Origin: Carcharhinus amblyrhynchos
Taxonomy: Eukaryota
DNA: 64,000 bases
Reading direction: 5' to 3'
NCBI GenBank assembly: GCA_965287045.1
Contig: OZ336874.1
Span: 35,526,001-35,590,000 of the forward strand
Every line of letters starts with the position of its first letter. Position 1 is the stretch's first letter. Below the pieces are notes generated by a model. The model was not told the DNA's origin, ran no database searches, and saw only the letters and a list, made by a program, of their open reading frames with translations. Positions 13,480 through 24,967 of the stretch are shown here, piece after piece. Both the position numbers and the translations under genes were made by a program.

Positions 13480-13625
13480 GAATCAGCTGTGGTTCAGTTG
13501 ATAACACTCAGATCTCTGGTCAGAAGATTGTTGGTTTACATCCCACCCCAGGCCTTGACCATAAAAATCAAAGCTGACACTCCAACAAACAACAGAGTGT
13601 TGCATTGTTGAAGGTCCCATCTTTC
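13480..13625 (+). mobile_element. DeuSINE-like (SacSINE1-type) SINE 5' fragment
   Basis: TCAGCTGTGGTTCAGTTGATAACACTC..GTCAGAAG..CCCACCCCAGG..GCTGACACTCCA..GAGTGTTGCATTGTTGAAGGT; tRNA-like head plus the start of a Deu-type domain, from recall. Confidence 0.65.
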
Positions 13626-14049
13626 TATGGCTCCACACCGCATTAACTTATTGAAAAAACAAGAAATTGGCCAAAAGAATTTTGAAAAACAAATTTAATT
13701 TAGTTGGTTCTGTACCTCCTCCCAATCCTCACTTAAACAGGTAACTATTTGCTGGTTGTTGATTTCTGATTGGCAAGTTTTAATTTCTTCAAATGTGATT
13801 TTGTTTTGGTGTCATGTAAACATATCAGCATTTTGATGCAAGTGTGCTATATCAGTTTCAAGTGTTAAGCTTTGAGGTCTGACTCTGAAATATGATGGTA
13901 TAAGCTAATTACATGTTTATTTTTTGCATAAAACATTTTATGTGGCATCCCATAGGCAATTACAAGCCAGTTAGCATAATATTTTAGATTCTTTAATCAA
14001 GGACAAATTTATTATGCATCTAGATAAAGATAAAACAGAGGTAGCCAGG

Positions 14050-14250
14050 AGTTTCAGAAGGGATTTGCATTTAACAAGCCAAATAGAAATTTTGAGGAAA
14101 TAGATGGCATGGTGGATAGGTGAAATGTAGTGGATGTAGTGTATATGGATTGTAGGAAAACTTTTAATAAGATATCAAATTACAGATTATTAGAGAAAAT
14201 TGCAAGTATAGAATTAAACAAATAACATGAATTAAAAGGTGTAGCTCTAA
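14050..14250 (+). mobile_element. Old CR1 reverse transcriptase fragment
   Basis: Degenerate FEEI..VD...VVDVVYMD..K.F.K coding. Confidence 0.6.
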
Positions 14251-14632
14251 AAAGCATAAATTTTGTACTTTAGCAGTAGAATGATAGGTTATTTTTATAG
14301 TACATGTAATATTCTAATTCTCTAGGAAACAATTTTTAAAAAGTTGTATTGAATAGATCACTCACAAATTTAAAAGACTGTTTCTCTCAACATCCTCAAA
14401 TGTCTGCTATTTACCCATTCCAGTTCGCACTTCTCCCTTGTAACATAATAATGCCATGCAAGACCAAACTACTTATTTCACAAGCAGATAAAATATTTTG
14501 AAACTTGCCACTACTGCAACTGTTTTTAAACTATTTGTTTTAAAATAGGAAACAAATATTATTCCACGCAAAAATCACTTTTCATCCAAGAAAAAAAATT
14601 ATCTTTCATATATCAGCTAGTTCATGGGTATT

Positions 14633-16015
14633 GGAGAGGATTGCAAAACCAATGTCAATGACTGTGTCTTTGGACACAGGTGAGGTCCCAGAGGACTGGA
14701 GGGTAGCAAATGTGGTACCGCTGTTCAAAAAAGGTAGAAGGGATAACCCTGGAAATTATAGACCGGTGAGTTTGACATCGGTGGTAGGGAAATTAATGGA
14801 AAAAATAATTAGGGGTAGGATGTATGAGCATTTGGAGCGTTGCGATCTGATTAGGGATACGCAACATGGCTTTGTTAGAGGGAGGTCTTGCCTTACAAAT
14901 TTGGTGGAATTCTTTGAGGAGGTGACAAAAACGGTTGACGATGGGAGAGCCGTTGATGTCATCTATATGGATTTCAGTAAGGCGTTTGACAAAGTCCCTC
15001 ACGGTAGGCTGGTAGAAAAGGTTAAGGCGCATGGGATACGAGGCCAGGTAGCTAGGTGGATTGAAAACTGGCTGGGTAATAGGAGACAGAGGGTAGTTGT
15101 GGAGGGGACCTTGTCGGGCTGGAGGCCAGTGACCAGTGGTGTGCTGCAGGGCTCAGTACTGGGACCTCTCCTCTTTGTAGTATACATAAATGACTTGGAA
15201 GAGAGCGTAGGTGGTTGATTAGCAAGTTTGCTGATGACACCAAGATGGCAGGGTTGGCGGGTACTGAACTGGATTGTCAGGTGATACAACAGGATATAGA
15301 TAGGTTGGTGCATTGGGCAGATAGGTGGCAGATGGAATTTAATCCTGACAAATGCGAGGTGATGCATTTTGGAAGGAATAATGCAGAGAGGAGCTATGTG
15401 ATAAAAGGTAGACAGATTAGGAGTATAGACATACAGAGGGACCTGGGAGTGCAGGTTCACAAATCCATGAAGGTTGCGTCACAAGTGGAGAAGGTTGTTA
15501 GGAAGGCTTATGGAATGTTAGCCTTTAAAGGAAGGGGTATAGAGTATAAAAGCTGCCGTCTAATGCTTCAGTTGTACAGAACGTTGGTTAGACCGCATTT
15601 GGAGTACTGCGTCCAGTTCTGGTCACCTTACTACCGGAAGGACATGGAGTCTCTGGAAAGGGTGCAGAGGAGGTTTACCAGGATGTTGCCTGGCATGGAG
15701 GGGCTGGGTTACGAGGAAAGGTTGGAGAAACTGGGACTATTCTCCTTGGAAAGACGGAGATTGAGGGGGGACATGATAGCGGTACATAAGATACTGAAGG
15801 GAATAGATAGAGTTAATAGTGAGAGACTGCTCCCTAGACTGGGTACAAACACGAGAGGTCATGATTTAAGGGTGAGGGGGGAGAGGTATAATTTGGAAGA
15901 GAGAGGAAGGTTCTTTACACAGGGAGTTGTGGGGGTATGGAACGCGCTACCGAGTAGGGTGGTGGAGGCAGGAACGTTGGACTCGTTTAAGGTTCAGTTA
16001 GATAGACACGAGTGA
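14633..16015 (+). pseudogene. CR1 ORF2 reverse transcriptase domain and C-terminus, one frameshift
   Basis: ORFs 14631-15218 and 15215-16015: [66 protein letters not shown]. Confidence 0.92.
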
Positions 16016-16557
16016 AACGAGGATGGAGGGTTATGGTAGGGGCTATTAAATAAGGTTAGAACCTCAGGAGACACCGGAAAAGCAGGCTTGTAAGATTAAC
16101 GTTTTTGTCTTTTTATTCCGCAGGTCCACCTCGTGTCAAACGAGGGGCATGCACACGGTGGGTCGTGCGTGGACTGCTCTTGGAAGTTCTGGGAGTGGCC
16201 TAGTACTTCGTGTCGGTGTGTGTGCTTGATGCTGGACCGGTAGACGGGCGCCGCAACAGCTCGGTGACTAGCACTGCTAGCTGTGCAGATACATGGATTT
16301 GGGCCTGTGTCTGTGGGAGTTTGCGCATTCTCCCTGTGGTTGCGTGGGTTTCCTCCAGGCGCTCCAGTTTCCTCCCACACCCCAAAGATGCGCTCTTAGG
16401 CTGATTGGTTTTACCAAATTGACACTATTCTCCCCTGAATCTGGCTATGTTAGGGGTTCCATTCGTAGACACGCAGGGTAGAATAGGTGTAGGGTGATGC
16501 GGCAGCGCGGGCTCGTTGGGCCGAAGGGCCTGTTTCCCGTGCTGGGTTGTTCTTTGT
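14633..16557 (+). mobile_element. Young, CpG-rich CR1 LINE (5'-truncated) with a long composite 3' UTR
   Basis: ORF2 is continuous over 14633-16015 apart from one frameshift near 15215; 3' UTR 16016-16557 ends GGGCCGAAGGGCCTGTTTCCCGTGCTG. Confidence 0.95.
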
Positions 16558-16568
16558 ACTTAATTATG

Positions 16569-16789
16569 ATTGGAGTTGCCAGTGTTAGACTGGCGTAGGC
16601 ACAGTAAGTAGTCTCACAACACCAAGTTAAAGACCAATGGGTTTATTTAATAGCATGAGCTTTCAGAGTGCTGTCCCTTGATCAGGTGAGTGCCTGATCA
16701 GATGAGTACCTGATGAAGGGGCAGCACTCCGAAAACTTCCAAATAAACCTGTTGGACTTTAAACTGGTGTTGAGAGACTATTTACTGTG
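16569..16789. mobile_element. Fold-back Penelope-type element, family A, with hammerhead-like cores
   Basis: Arms 16600-16690 and ~16706-16789 are reverse complementary; CTGATGA at 16710-16716 and GAAA at 16731-16734; flanks ACTTAATTATG / ACTTTATTATG. Confidence 0.82.
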
Positions 16790-16969
16790 ACTTTATTATG
16801 TTTTTACTGGATCATCTACTCCCCACCCCTAGCCATACAAAAAAAACAGTGAATTTCGCACTTTTTGGGTATGCATCCAGAACTGCACTGTTTGCAGATT
16901 CCTGCCCCTGCCTTTTAAAGATGCCAAATAAAGTGTTCATCGACCAATTAGTGGCTACGCGGTAGGAAG

Positions 16970-17489
16970 CCATAAGAAATAGGAATAGCCCCCTTGAGTT
17001 TGCCCTGCCATTTAATAGGATCATGGCTGATCTGACATTCCTGATATCCACTTTCCTGCCCTTTCCCGTTACCTGTGATTCCCTTACTGTTCAAAAATCT
17101 ACCTACATCAGTCTTAAATACACTCAAGAACTCTGCCCCTACATCTCTGTGTGGCAAAGAGGTCCACAGATACTCAACCCTCACAGAAAAAAATGTTTCC
17201 TCCTCTCAGTCTTAAACTGGCATCCCTTTATTCTGAGACTATGCCCTCTGGTCTTAGATTTTATCATGACAGGAAACATCCTCTCAGCATTCGCCCTGTC
17301 AAGCCCCCTAAGAATCCTATATGTTTCAACAATGAAGAGTCACCGAGATTTAAACGTTAGCTTTTTGCCTACTTCCCCTTTTGAATTGGGGTGTAACATT
17401 GGCATTTCTCCAATCCTCCGGAACGTCTTCAGAATGCAAAGATTTTTGGAAAATTAAACCAATGCATCCATTATTTCTATAGCTACTTC
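16970..17489 (-). mobile_element. CR1 fragments (a 3' end and an internal piece)
   Basis: CR1 tail CATAAGAAATAGGA at ~16971; IFQKSLHSEDVPEDWRNANVTP on the minus strand. Confidence 0.82.
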
Positions 17490-18258
17490 TATTATAATCC
17501 AGGTCAGAAACTCCAAGTTGTTTTATGAAGGCTACAAGTTTTGCACTTTGTACTTTGCACAGGTAAGCACAAGATGTTTCACTCCAAGTATGATTCGAAT
17601 GATCCACTAATGAGCTTTTACCAAAGTTTACTTAAGAATACAGTCAACATAAGACAATTATCAATAACTTTTTAACAATTACAAACAAAGAAAAAAACAT
17701 TATTGATATTGTATATACCTTAACAGCCAAGAATTCTTGCAAACATAACTCCTGGTTTCAGTTTAGCACAGAAAATAAGTATGGTCACATGATGCTGGAG
17801 TTTACAGCTTTCCAAACCCTGCTGTGGTTTACACCTTTGGATGTTGAGTTGGAAATGCTGAGGCCTTCTGAGAACTTGCAAGAGAGAGGCACTCTTTGCC
17901 TCTAGTTACTAGCTAGCCAGCCACCAAGAGCTAAATTTCCAGTGGCAGGGAGAGAAACAGGAACACACTGCTTGCAGTTTGGAGTCCAACAGCTTCTGCC
18001 AAATTGAAAGTACTTCTTGGATTTCCTTGGGAGGGAACCACCTGAACCAGTCTTCCCCCAACAACTCAAAAGAGCCACAAAATCCAGGCATTGCATAAGG
18101 CCCAGATTAAAAATAAACAAAAGGCCCATCAGATGACTTTAGTAGCAGTAAAAGGACATCTGCTCAGATAGCTCAGTGTCATAATTGAAAAAAGGGGCTG
18201 CTTATAACTGCAGAGAATATGTTTAAAATACCTTTCTTAAAGGCACAGTAGCATCGCA
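17490..18258. mobile_element. Probable solo LTR inserted in a CR1
   Basis: Starts TATTATA (TG mutated to TA), ends ..CATCGCA; 4-bp flanks CTTC / CTTT; CR1-like sequence resumes after it; non-coding. Confidence 0.6.
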
Positions 18259-18278
18259 CTTTATTTAGGACTCTTGGA

Positions 18279-18632
18279 TGCACTGTGATACAGTGATTAG
18301 CACTGTTGTCTCACATTGCCAGGGACCCAGGTTCAATTCTGGCCTTGAGTGACTGTGTATGCAAAGTTCGCACACTCTCCCAGTGTTTGCGTTGGTTTCC
18401 TTCAGGTGCTCCAGTTTCCTCTCAGTCCAAAGATGTGCAGAATAGGTGGATTGGTCATGCTAAATTGCCCCTTAGTGTCCCAAAATGTGCAAGTTAGGGG
18501 GATTAATGGGATAAATGAGTGGGGTTACAGGAACACGGCAGGGGATTGTCCAGGGTAAGATGCTCTGTCGGAGAGTCTGTACGAACTTCATGGGCCAAAT
18601 GACCTTCTTCTGCGCTGTAAGGATTCTATGAT
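18279..18632 (+). mobile_element. HE1-type V-SINE, near full length
   Basis: tRNA-like head with GGTTCAATTC, V-domain, CR1-type tail GGGCCAAATGACCTTCTTCTGCGCTGTAAGGATTCTATGAT. Confidence 0.9.
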
Positions 18633-18739
18633 GATGTGACTCCAGTACTGCTCCAATAAGACTGGTTCTAAACTGACCTCTGAAGAAGGCAATTCAACCC
18701 AGCATGTCTTTACCAGATCTCGATATGATCATTGTGACT

Positions 18740-18910
18740 TATTGCATTCTCCCAGCTCTTCCCCAAAGCCCTGCACATTGTTTCCAATCAAATAATCATT
18801 TAGCGGTCTCTTAAATGCCTCAAAGGAATCTGCCTCCCACACATTTCCAGGTAGCGAATTCCAGACCCAAACCACTCACTGGGTGAAAAAGATTTTCCTC
18901 ACATCGCATT
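18740..18910 (-). mobile_element. CR1 3' fragment
   Basis: GAATTCCAGACCCAAACCACTCACTGGGTGAAAAAGATTTTCCTC is the reverse of an FFTQRVV..WNSLP-type region. Confidence 0.7.
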
Positions 18911-19766
18911 CACCTCTTATTGGAATGGTGTTTGGTGGGGGAGGGTGAGGGTGAGGGTGAGGTGACATGAAGAAGACGTCTAAAGAACCCTAATTATTCA
19001 CTCAAATGTTAGCTTCAGGAACCAGTGTGGATTTACCTGGTTGAGATTTTCTCCAAGAGTGTGTTGCTATAGCCAAATAGTACAGTGGCAACAAATGCAA
19101 TGTTGCTCTTTCAACTTGATGACATTAATAGATTGAAAACCACAGGAAGACTGAAAAACGCAAGAATGCCACCCGCTGAGTATTTACCCAATTAGATTTC
19201 AATAAACCATCCAAATACAAAAAAAAGGAAAAGGAAAAGCCTGGACGTCAATTAAAGGAGAGAAAAAAAAATCCTAATCTCTTTGTTGGACATCTTGGCA
19301 AAATGTATCCTTAAACCAGCTTGACAGAAACAAAATACTGTACAGCAACTAAAATTATTGTTGAAGAACACCTTTCTAGCTCAAGCATTTCATGAACAGA
19401 ACATTTTATAAAAAATTGTGGGGCAATGATGATTTATTTGCCACCAGAGGTCACTCCTGAGTGGGCTGACCAAGTATGCATCTAATAGTCACATAACGTG
19501 TGACTTCATAACATACTCTCTGTTCACTTATTCCTTAGTCAGGACTACTTTAAATGTGTATAGAATGCAAAAATTGAATGTTATTCCTTCTCTGTCACTG
19601 TTAACTCTGAAGAAAAGGAAAATGGTTCAATCATTTGATTGCTTCAGTATAAATGAATCAGTTCAGTTCCAAATAAAATAGCGTGGAGAGCGATTGTAAC
19701 TTGTTGCTCTTTTATTATGCCATCCTTCTGCACTACGCAAGAGCGCAAGATCCTTCCTTCCTCAGT

Positions 19767-19779
19767 GTTACTAAGCAAC
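19767..19779. promoter_or_regulatory. Candidate RFX X-box
   Basis: GTTACTAAGCAAC, an imperfect palindrome of the GTTRC..RGYAAC type, inside a local CpG cluster in unique sequence. Confidence 0.4.
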
Positions 19780-19834
19780 GCAGTACGTGCAAGATATTAT
19801 TCCTTGTATTATAAAATAGATTTCAAATATTACC

Positions 19835-20183
19835 ATAGAATTACCATAGAACCCTACAGTCAGAAAGAGGCCCTTCGGCCCATTGAGTCTGCACCGAACA
19901 CAATCCCACCCAGGCCCTACCCCCATATCCCTACATGTTATACCCACTAATCCCTCTAACCTATGCATCCCTGGACACTAAGGGGCAATTTCTTAGCATG
20001 GCCAATCAACCTAACCTGCACATCTTTGGACTGTGGAGGAAACCAGAGTACCTGGAGGAAACCCACACAGACACGAGGAGAATGTGCAAACTCCACACAG
20101 ACAGTGACCCGAGCCGGGAGTCGAACTCAGGACCCTGGAGCTGTGAAGCAGCAGTGCTAACAACTGTGCTACCATGCCGCCCT
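19835..20183 (-). mobile_element. HE1-type V-SINE, full length
   Basis: The minus strand starts GGGCGGCATGGTAGCACAGTTGTTAGCACTGCTGC, with B-box-like GAGTTCGACTCCC, V-domain and CR1-type tail. Confidence 0.93.
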
Positions 20184-20400
20184 TAGGGTACGTATCTGCA
20201 GAAAACCAGCAGATATTCTGTTTTGTTTTCTCAAAATTAAACTTTGGTGCACCCAAACCCATAATCTCCATTGCCGAGGAGAAGAACACTAGGTGCATGA
20301 AAAAATTGCCACCTGCAAATTCTCCTCCAAATCATATACCCCATTGATTAGGAAATATATCTGTATTTCTTCATTAACACAGATCAAAATCCTGGAACAC

Positions 20401-21887
20401 GGTGGGGGAGAGAGCGGAGGGCGGTGGGGGAGAGAGGGGAGGGGCAGGCCAGGGAGGGGAGGGGAGGGGGAGGGAGGGGCAGGCCAGGGAGGGGAGGGGA
20501 GGGGAGGGAAGGAAAGGGAAGGGGAGAGGAGAGGAGAGGAAAGGAAGGGGAGAGGAGAGGGAAAGGGAAGGGGAGAGGAGAGGGAAAGGGAAGGGGAGAG
20601 GAGAGGGAAAGGGAAGGGGAGAGGAGAGGGAAAGGGAAGGGGAGAGGAGAGGGAAAGGGAAGGGGAGAGGAGAGGGAAAGGGAAGGGGAGAGGAGAGGGA
20701 AAGGGAAGGGGAGAGGAGAGGGAAAGGGAAGGGGAGAGGAGAGGGAAAGGGAAGGGAAGGGAAGGGGAGAGGGAAGGGAAGGGAAGGGGAGAGGAGAGGG
20801 AAGGGGAGAGGGAAGGGAAGGGGAGAGGNNNNNNNNNNNNNNNNNNNNNNNNNNNNNNNNNNNNNNNNNNNNNNNNNNNNNNNNNNNNNNNNNNNNNNNN
20901 NNNNNNNNNNNNNNNNNNNNNNNNNNNNNNNNNNNNNNNNNNNNNNNNNNNNNNNNNNNNNNNNNNNNNNNNNNNNNNNNNNNNNNNNNNNNNNNNNNNN
21001 NNNNNNNNNNNNNNNNNNNNNNNNNNNNNNNNNNNNNNNNNNNNNNNNNNNNNNNNNNNNNNNNNNNNNNNNNNNNNNNNNNNNNNNNNNNNNNNNNNNN
21101 NNNNNNNNNNNNNNNNNNNNNNNNNNNNNNNNNNNNNNNNNNNNNNNNNNNNNNNNNNNNNNNNNNNNNNNNNNNNNNNNNNNNNNNNNNNNNNNNNNNN
21201 NNNNNNNNNNNNNNNNNNNNNNNNNNNNNNNNNNNNNNNNNNNNNNNNNNNNNNNNNNNNNNNNNNNNNNNNNNNNNNNNNNNNNNNNNNNNNNNNNNNN
21301 NNNNNNNNNNNNNNNNNNNNNNNNNNNNNNNNNNNNNNNNNNNNNNNNNNNNNNNNNNNNNNNNNNNNNNNNNNNNNNNNNNNNNNNNNNNNNNNNNNNN
21401 NNNNNNNNNNNNNNNNNNNNNNNNNNNNNNNNNNNNNNNNNNNNNNNNNNNNNNNNNNNNNNNNNNNNNNNNNNNNNNNNNNNNNNNNNNNNNNNNNNNN
21501 NNNNNNNNNNNNNNNNNNNNNNNNNNNNNNNNNNNNNNNNNNNNNNNNNNNNNNNNNNNNNNNNNNNNNNNNNNNNNNNNNNNNNNNNNNNNNNNNNNNN
21601 NNNNNNNNNNNNNNNNNNNNNNNNNNNNNNNNNNNNNNNNNNNNNNNNNNNNNNNNNNNNNNNNNNNNNNNNNNNNNNNNNNNNNNNNNNNNNNNNNNNN
21701 NNNNNNNNNNNNNNNNNNNNNNNNNNNNNNNNNNNNNNNNNNNNNNNNNNNNNNNNNNNNNNNNNNNNNNNNGGGAGAGAGGAGGGAAGGGAAGGGAAGG
21801 GAAGGGAGAGAGGAGAGGAGAGGGAGGGAGAGGAGAGGGGAGGAGGGAGAGGAGAGGGAAGGAAGGGCAGAGGAGAGGGAAGGGAAG
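20401..21887 (+). repeat. Polypurine minisatellite (23-bp unit GGAGAGGAGAGGGAAAGGGAAGG and variants), broken by an assembly gap
   Basis: Almost exclusively G/A; tandem 23-mers over ~20530-20750; N run 20829-21772. Confidence 0.95.
20829..21772. other. Assembly gap (N run); further gaps at 21888-22063 and 22619-22718
   Basis: Runs of n. Confidence 1.
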
Positions 21888-22119
21888 NNNNNNNNNNNNN
21901 NNNNNNNNNNNNNNNNNNNNNNNNNNNNNNNNNNNNNNNNNNNNNNNNNNNNNNNNNNNNNNNNNNNNNNNNNNNNNNNNNNNNNNNNNNNNNNNNNNNN
22001 NNNNNNNNNNNNNNNNNNNNNNNNNNNNNNNNNNNNNNNNNNNNNNNNNNNNNNNNNNNNNNNGAAGGGCGTGGGGGTGCCGGGCAAGAGAGGGAGGAGC
22101 AGAATTATCCAAAGTTATT

Positions 22120-23540
22120 TCAGTCTTGGGTCAAACATAAAAGGCAAGAGCTGAACTCCAGAGGTGATTTCAGAATGATTGCCCTCAACATCAAGGCTGC
22201 AACTGACCATTGTGGCATCAAGGAGCCAATTGGAGGGAAGTTCTCCACTGGTAGAAGTCACAAAGGGAAGTGGTTGTTGGAGGTCAATTATTGCTGCTCT
22301 AGCTCCAAAACAGTAAAAAGTCTGACAACACCAGGTTTTAGTCCAACCGATTTATTTGATAATACTCACAAGCTCGTCAGGTGACGAAGAGGGAAACCTC
22401 GAAAGCTTGTCAGTATTATCAAATAAATCGGTTGGACTAAAACCTGGTGTTGTCAGACTTTTTACCGTGTTTACACCAGTCCAACGCCGGCATACCCACA
22501 TCATGACTAGCTCCAAAATGCAGAGGTTCCTCAGGCTCAATTATCTTCAGCTGCTTCCTCAATGATATTCTTTCCATTATAAGGTCAGAATTGGGGATAT
22601 TCGCTGATGATTGCACAANNNNNNNNNNNNNNNNNNNNNNNNNNNNNNNNNNNNNNNNNNNNNNNNNNNNNNNNNNNNNNNNNNNNNNNNNNNNNNNNNN
22701 NNNNNNNNNNNNNNNNNNGATTGCACAATGCTCAGCACCATTCACAATTTCCTATATACTGAAGCAGTCTATGTTTAAATGCAGCAATACATGAACAATA
22801 TCCAAGCTCAAGCTGACAACAAAGTAACATTGCCAGACAATGACCATACGAGCAAGAGAATCTAATCATCACCCCATGACATTCAATGACACTGCCATCA
22901 CTGAACCCCAACTATCAACGCCCCACTATGGGGGGTCATCATGTCCCAAAATTTAACTGGACTAGCCATATAATGCTACGGGCAGGTCAGAGACTGGGAA
23001 TTCTCTGGTAACTCATCTCCTGCCCAAAGCCTATCCACAATCTACAAGGCACAAGTCAGAAGTCTGATGGAATACTCTTCACTCCAACAACACTCAAGAA
23101 GCTAGACACCATCTAGGATAAGGCAGCCCACTTGATTGGTACCCCATCCATAAATATTCCCTCCCTCCACCACCAATGCACATTAGCAGCAGTACGTATA
23201 CACATATGTGATATACTGCAGGAACTCACCAAAGTTCCTCAGACCTTCCAAACCCATGGCCACTATCATCTGGAAGGACAAGAGCAGCAGATACATGGAA
23301 ATACCACTGCCTGGAAGTTTCCTCCAAGCCACTCATCATCCTGACCTGGACATATATCACCACTGTTACCAGGTAAACAACTTCCTCCCTAACAGCACTG
23401 TACTTACACCACATGGGGCACAGTGGTTCAAGAAGGCAGCTCACTACTACCTTGTCAAGGGCAATTAAGGATGGGCAGTAAATTCCAGGTGGATCTCCAC
23501 TGGCCTAGCCAGTGAAGCCCACATCCTCAAGTGAATGAAA
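22120..23540 (+). mobile_element. CR1-group (Zenon-like) LINE 3' portion
   Basis: ALNIKAA, GIFADDCT, YKAQVRSLMEYS, LKKLDTI.DKAA; tail AAGGGCAATTAAGGATGGGCAGTAAA. Confidence 0.8.
22311..22506. mobile_element. Fold-back Penelope-type element, family A, with a perfect 12-bp TSD
   Basis: Near-perfect inverted arms; CTAGCTCCAAAA at 22299-22310 and 22507-22518; TGACGA-A-GAGG-GAAA-CCTC-GAAA-GCTT core. Confidence 0.88.
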
Positions 23541-24967
23541 AGCCCAGTTTCCAACTGTTGATGCACAGTTCTAACTTGATCACATATACATTAATGCCAA
23601 TATTATGCTACCAATAATAAATTTCTAGTGCATTATTGATTCATTCCCCTGTAAGCAGAAGTTATGCAATATCCAGGAACTTAGTGCTGAGGAAGGTTTG
23701 TAAGGTTGGCCATGTTTCACAAATCTAGCTGCAACAGATTAAGAACTCTACATTCAAAAGTTCATGCAGCAATTTGAAATTCGTATGGGTTCAGTCCCAC
23801 AAAAATGTGGCTAGTTTATATTTAATTAATAGCTTCCTAAAGCAGTCTAGCTAAACAACCATACCAGCACAACTAAGGAAGGAAAATAATGCAAGGCTTG
23901 TCAGTAAAATCCACCTGGAATGTACAAAGAATGAGAGAAGTTACTATAAAAATGTAGGTTCTCTTACTTTTGAGGTGCATCGAGTAAAATTAGATCTTTT
24001 CATTGGATATAAACTTGTGGTCTAAGTAGTCACAGAAAGTTATTTATAGCAAACATCAAAGTAAAGCCATAGAAAAAGTGTTCATTAATACTTCAGCATT
24101 AACCCCAATGTGATCAACAATAACTTTTATTTAGGAAATGTCAATTCGAGTACAGTTAACTTTAAAAACTTAAGTAACTACATATCTACACGGTATGCAT
24201 TTCTGTACTTTTCAAAAACAACTTCCTCTTTCTCAGTTTTAAAGGAAGTGAAACCAAAATCCCATGTGCATCTTGTTGTGATGTCCATTTGCAGCAACCA
24301 GTTCTTTAAAGATAAGAGGCTCTTTCCAGGACATTAGTTCCCATAGGACTTCAGCAGCCACCTGGACCAGAAACATATCACATGGTGGCAACTATTTATA
24401 ATTTTGTATTTTTAACAAAAAATGCCAACTGTTAAATCTTTGCAATTTTTACTTTTTGGAATGATGTTTATCCAAATATTGATTGTCACATTAAACTTTC
24501 TGATTTGTTCCAAGCATTTAAAATTTCATCATCTTTATTCGTTAGTTTGTTCCATATTACATCACAAAAATAAATCACAAGTGGAAATGTACTTTTTATT
24601 TATAAAGCTAGGGATGCATTATAGTTTGATGTTCAGAATAACAATCCATTCAATGGCTTCAGCTGATGCAGTAACGCAGGTTGTGATGACATCAGGAATG
24701 GAAATCTCAGAGCAAATGTTCAGTATATGGGCAATGGTCTATCTCGGACAATCACAGTCACAATTTGAATGGTTCCTTATGTTTATTCCTGGTGGCACTC
24801 ACTAGTGAGTGTACAAGTAGAATGCAGATGAATGCATGATTGGAGTTGAAACTGCAGGAGGAAGAGCCTTAATCCCTTGAGCAATGGGACCAGTTTGGGG
24901 GAGGTGGGACATGTGTAAATCTGACAAGATGCACCTCAGCAAGAGTGAAGTCAATATAGTACAGGCT

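Noticed and set aside
16706-16740. Claim that this copy is an active ribozyme
   Set aside because: CTGATGA and GAAA are intact, but the AGCT palindrome is mutated to AACT and the stem I partner is lost; activity cannot be claimed for any copy here
20289-22384. Five ORFs of 567-660 aa
   Set aside because: Artefacts of a stop-free purine repeat plus N runs
24240-24375. Minus-strand exon VAAEVLWELMSWKEP..
   Set aside because: Modest acceptor, unrecognised 40-aa peptide, no supporting partner exon
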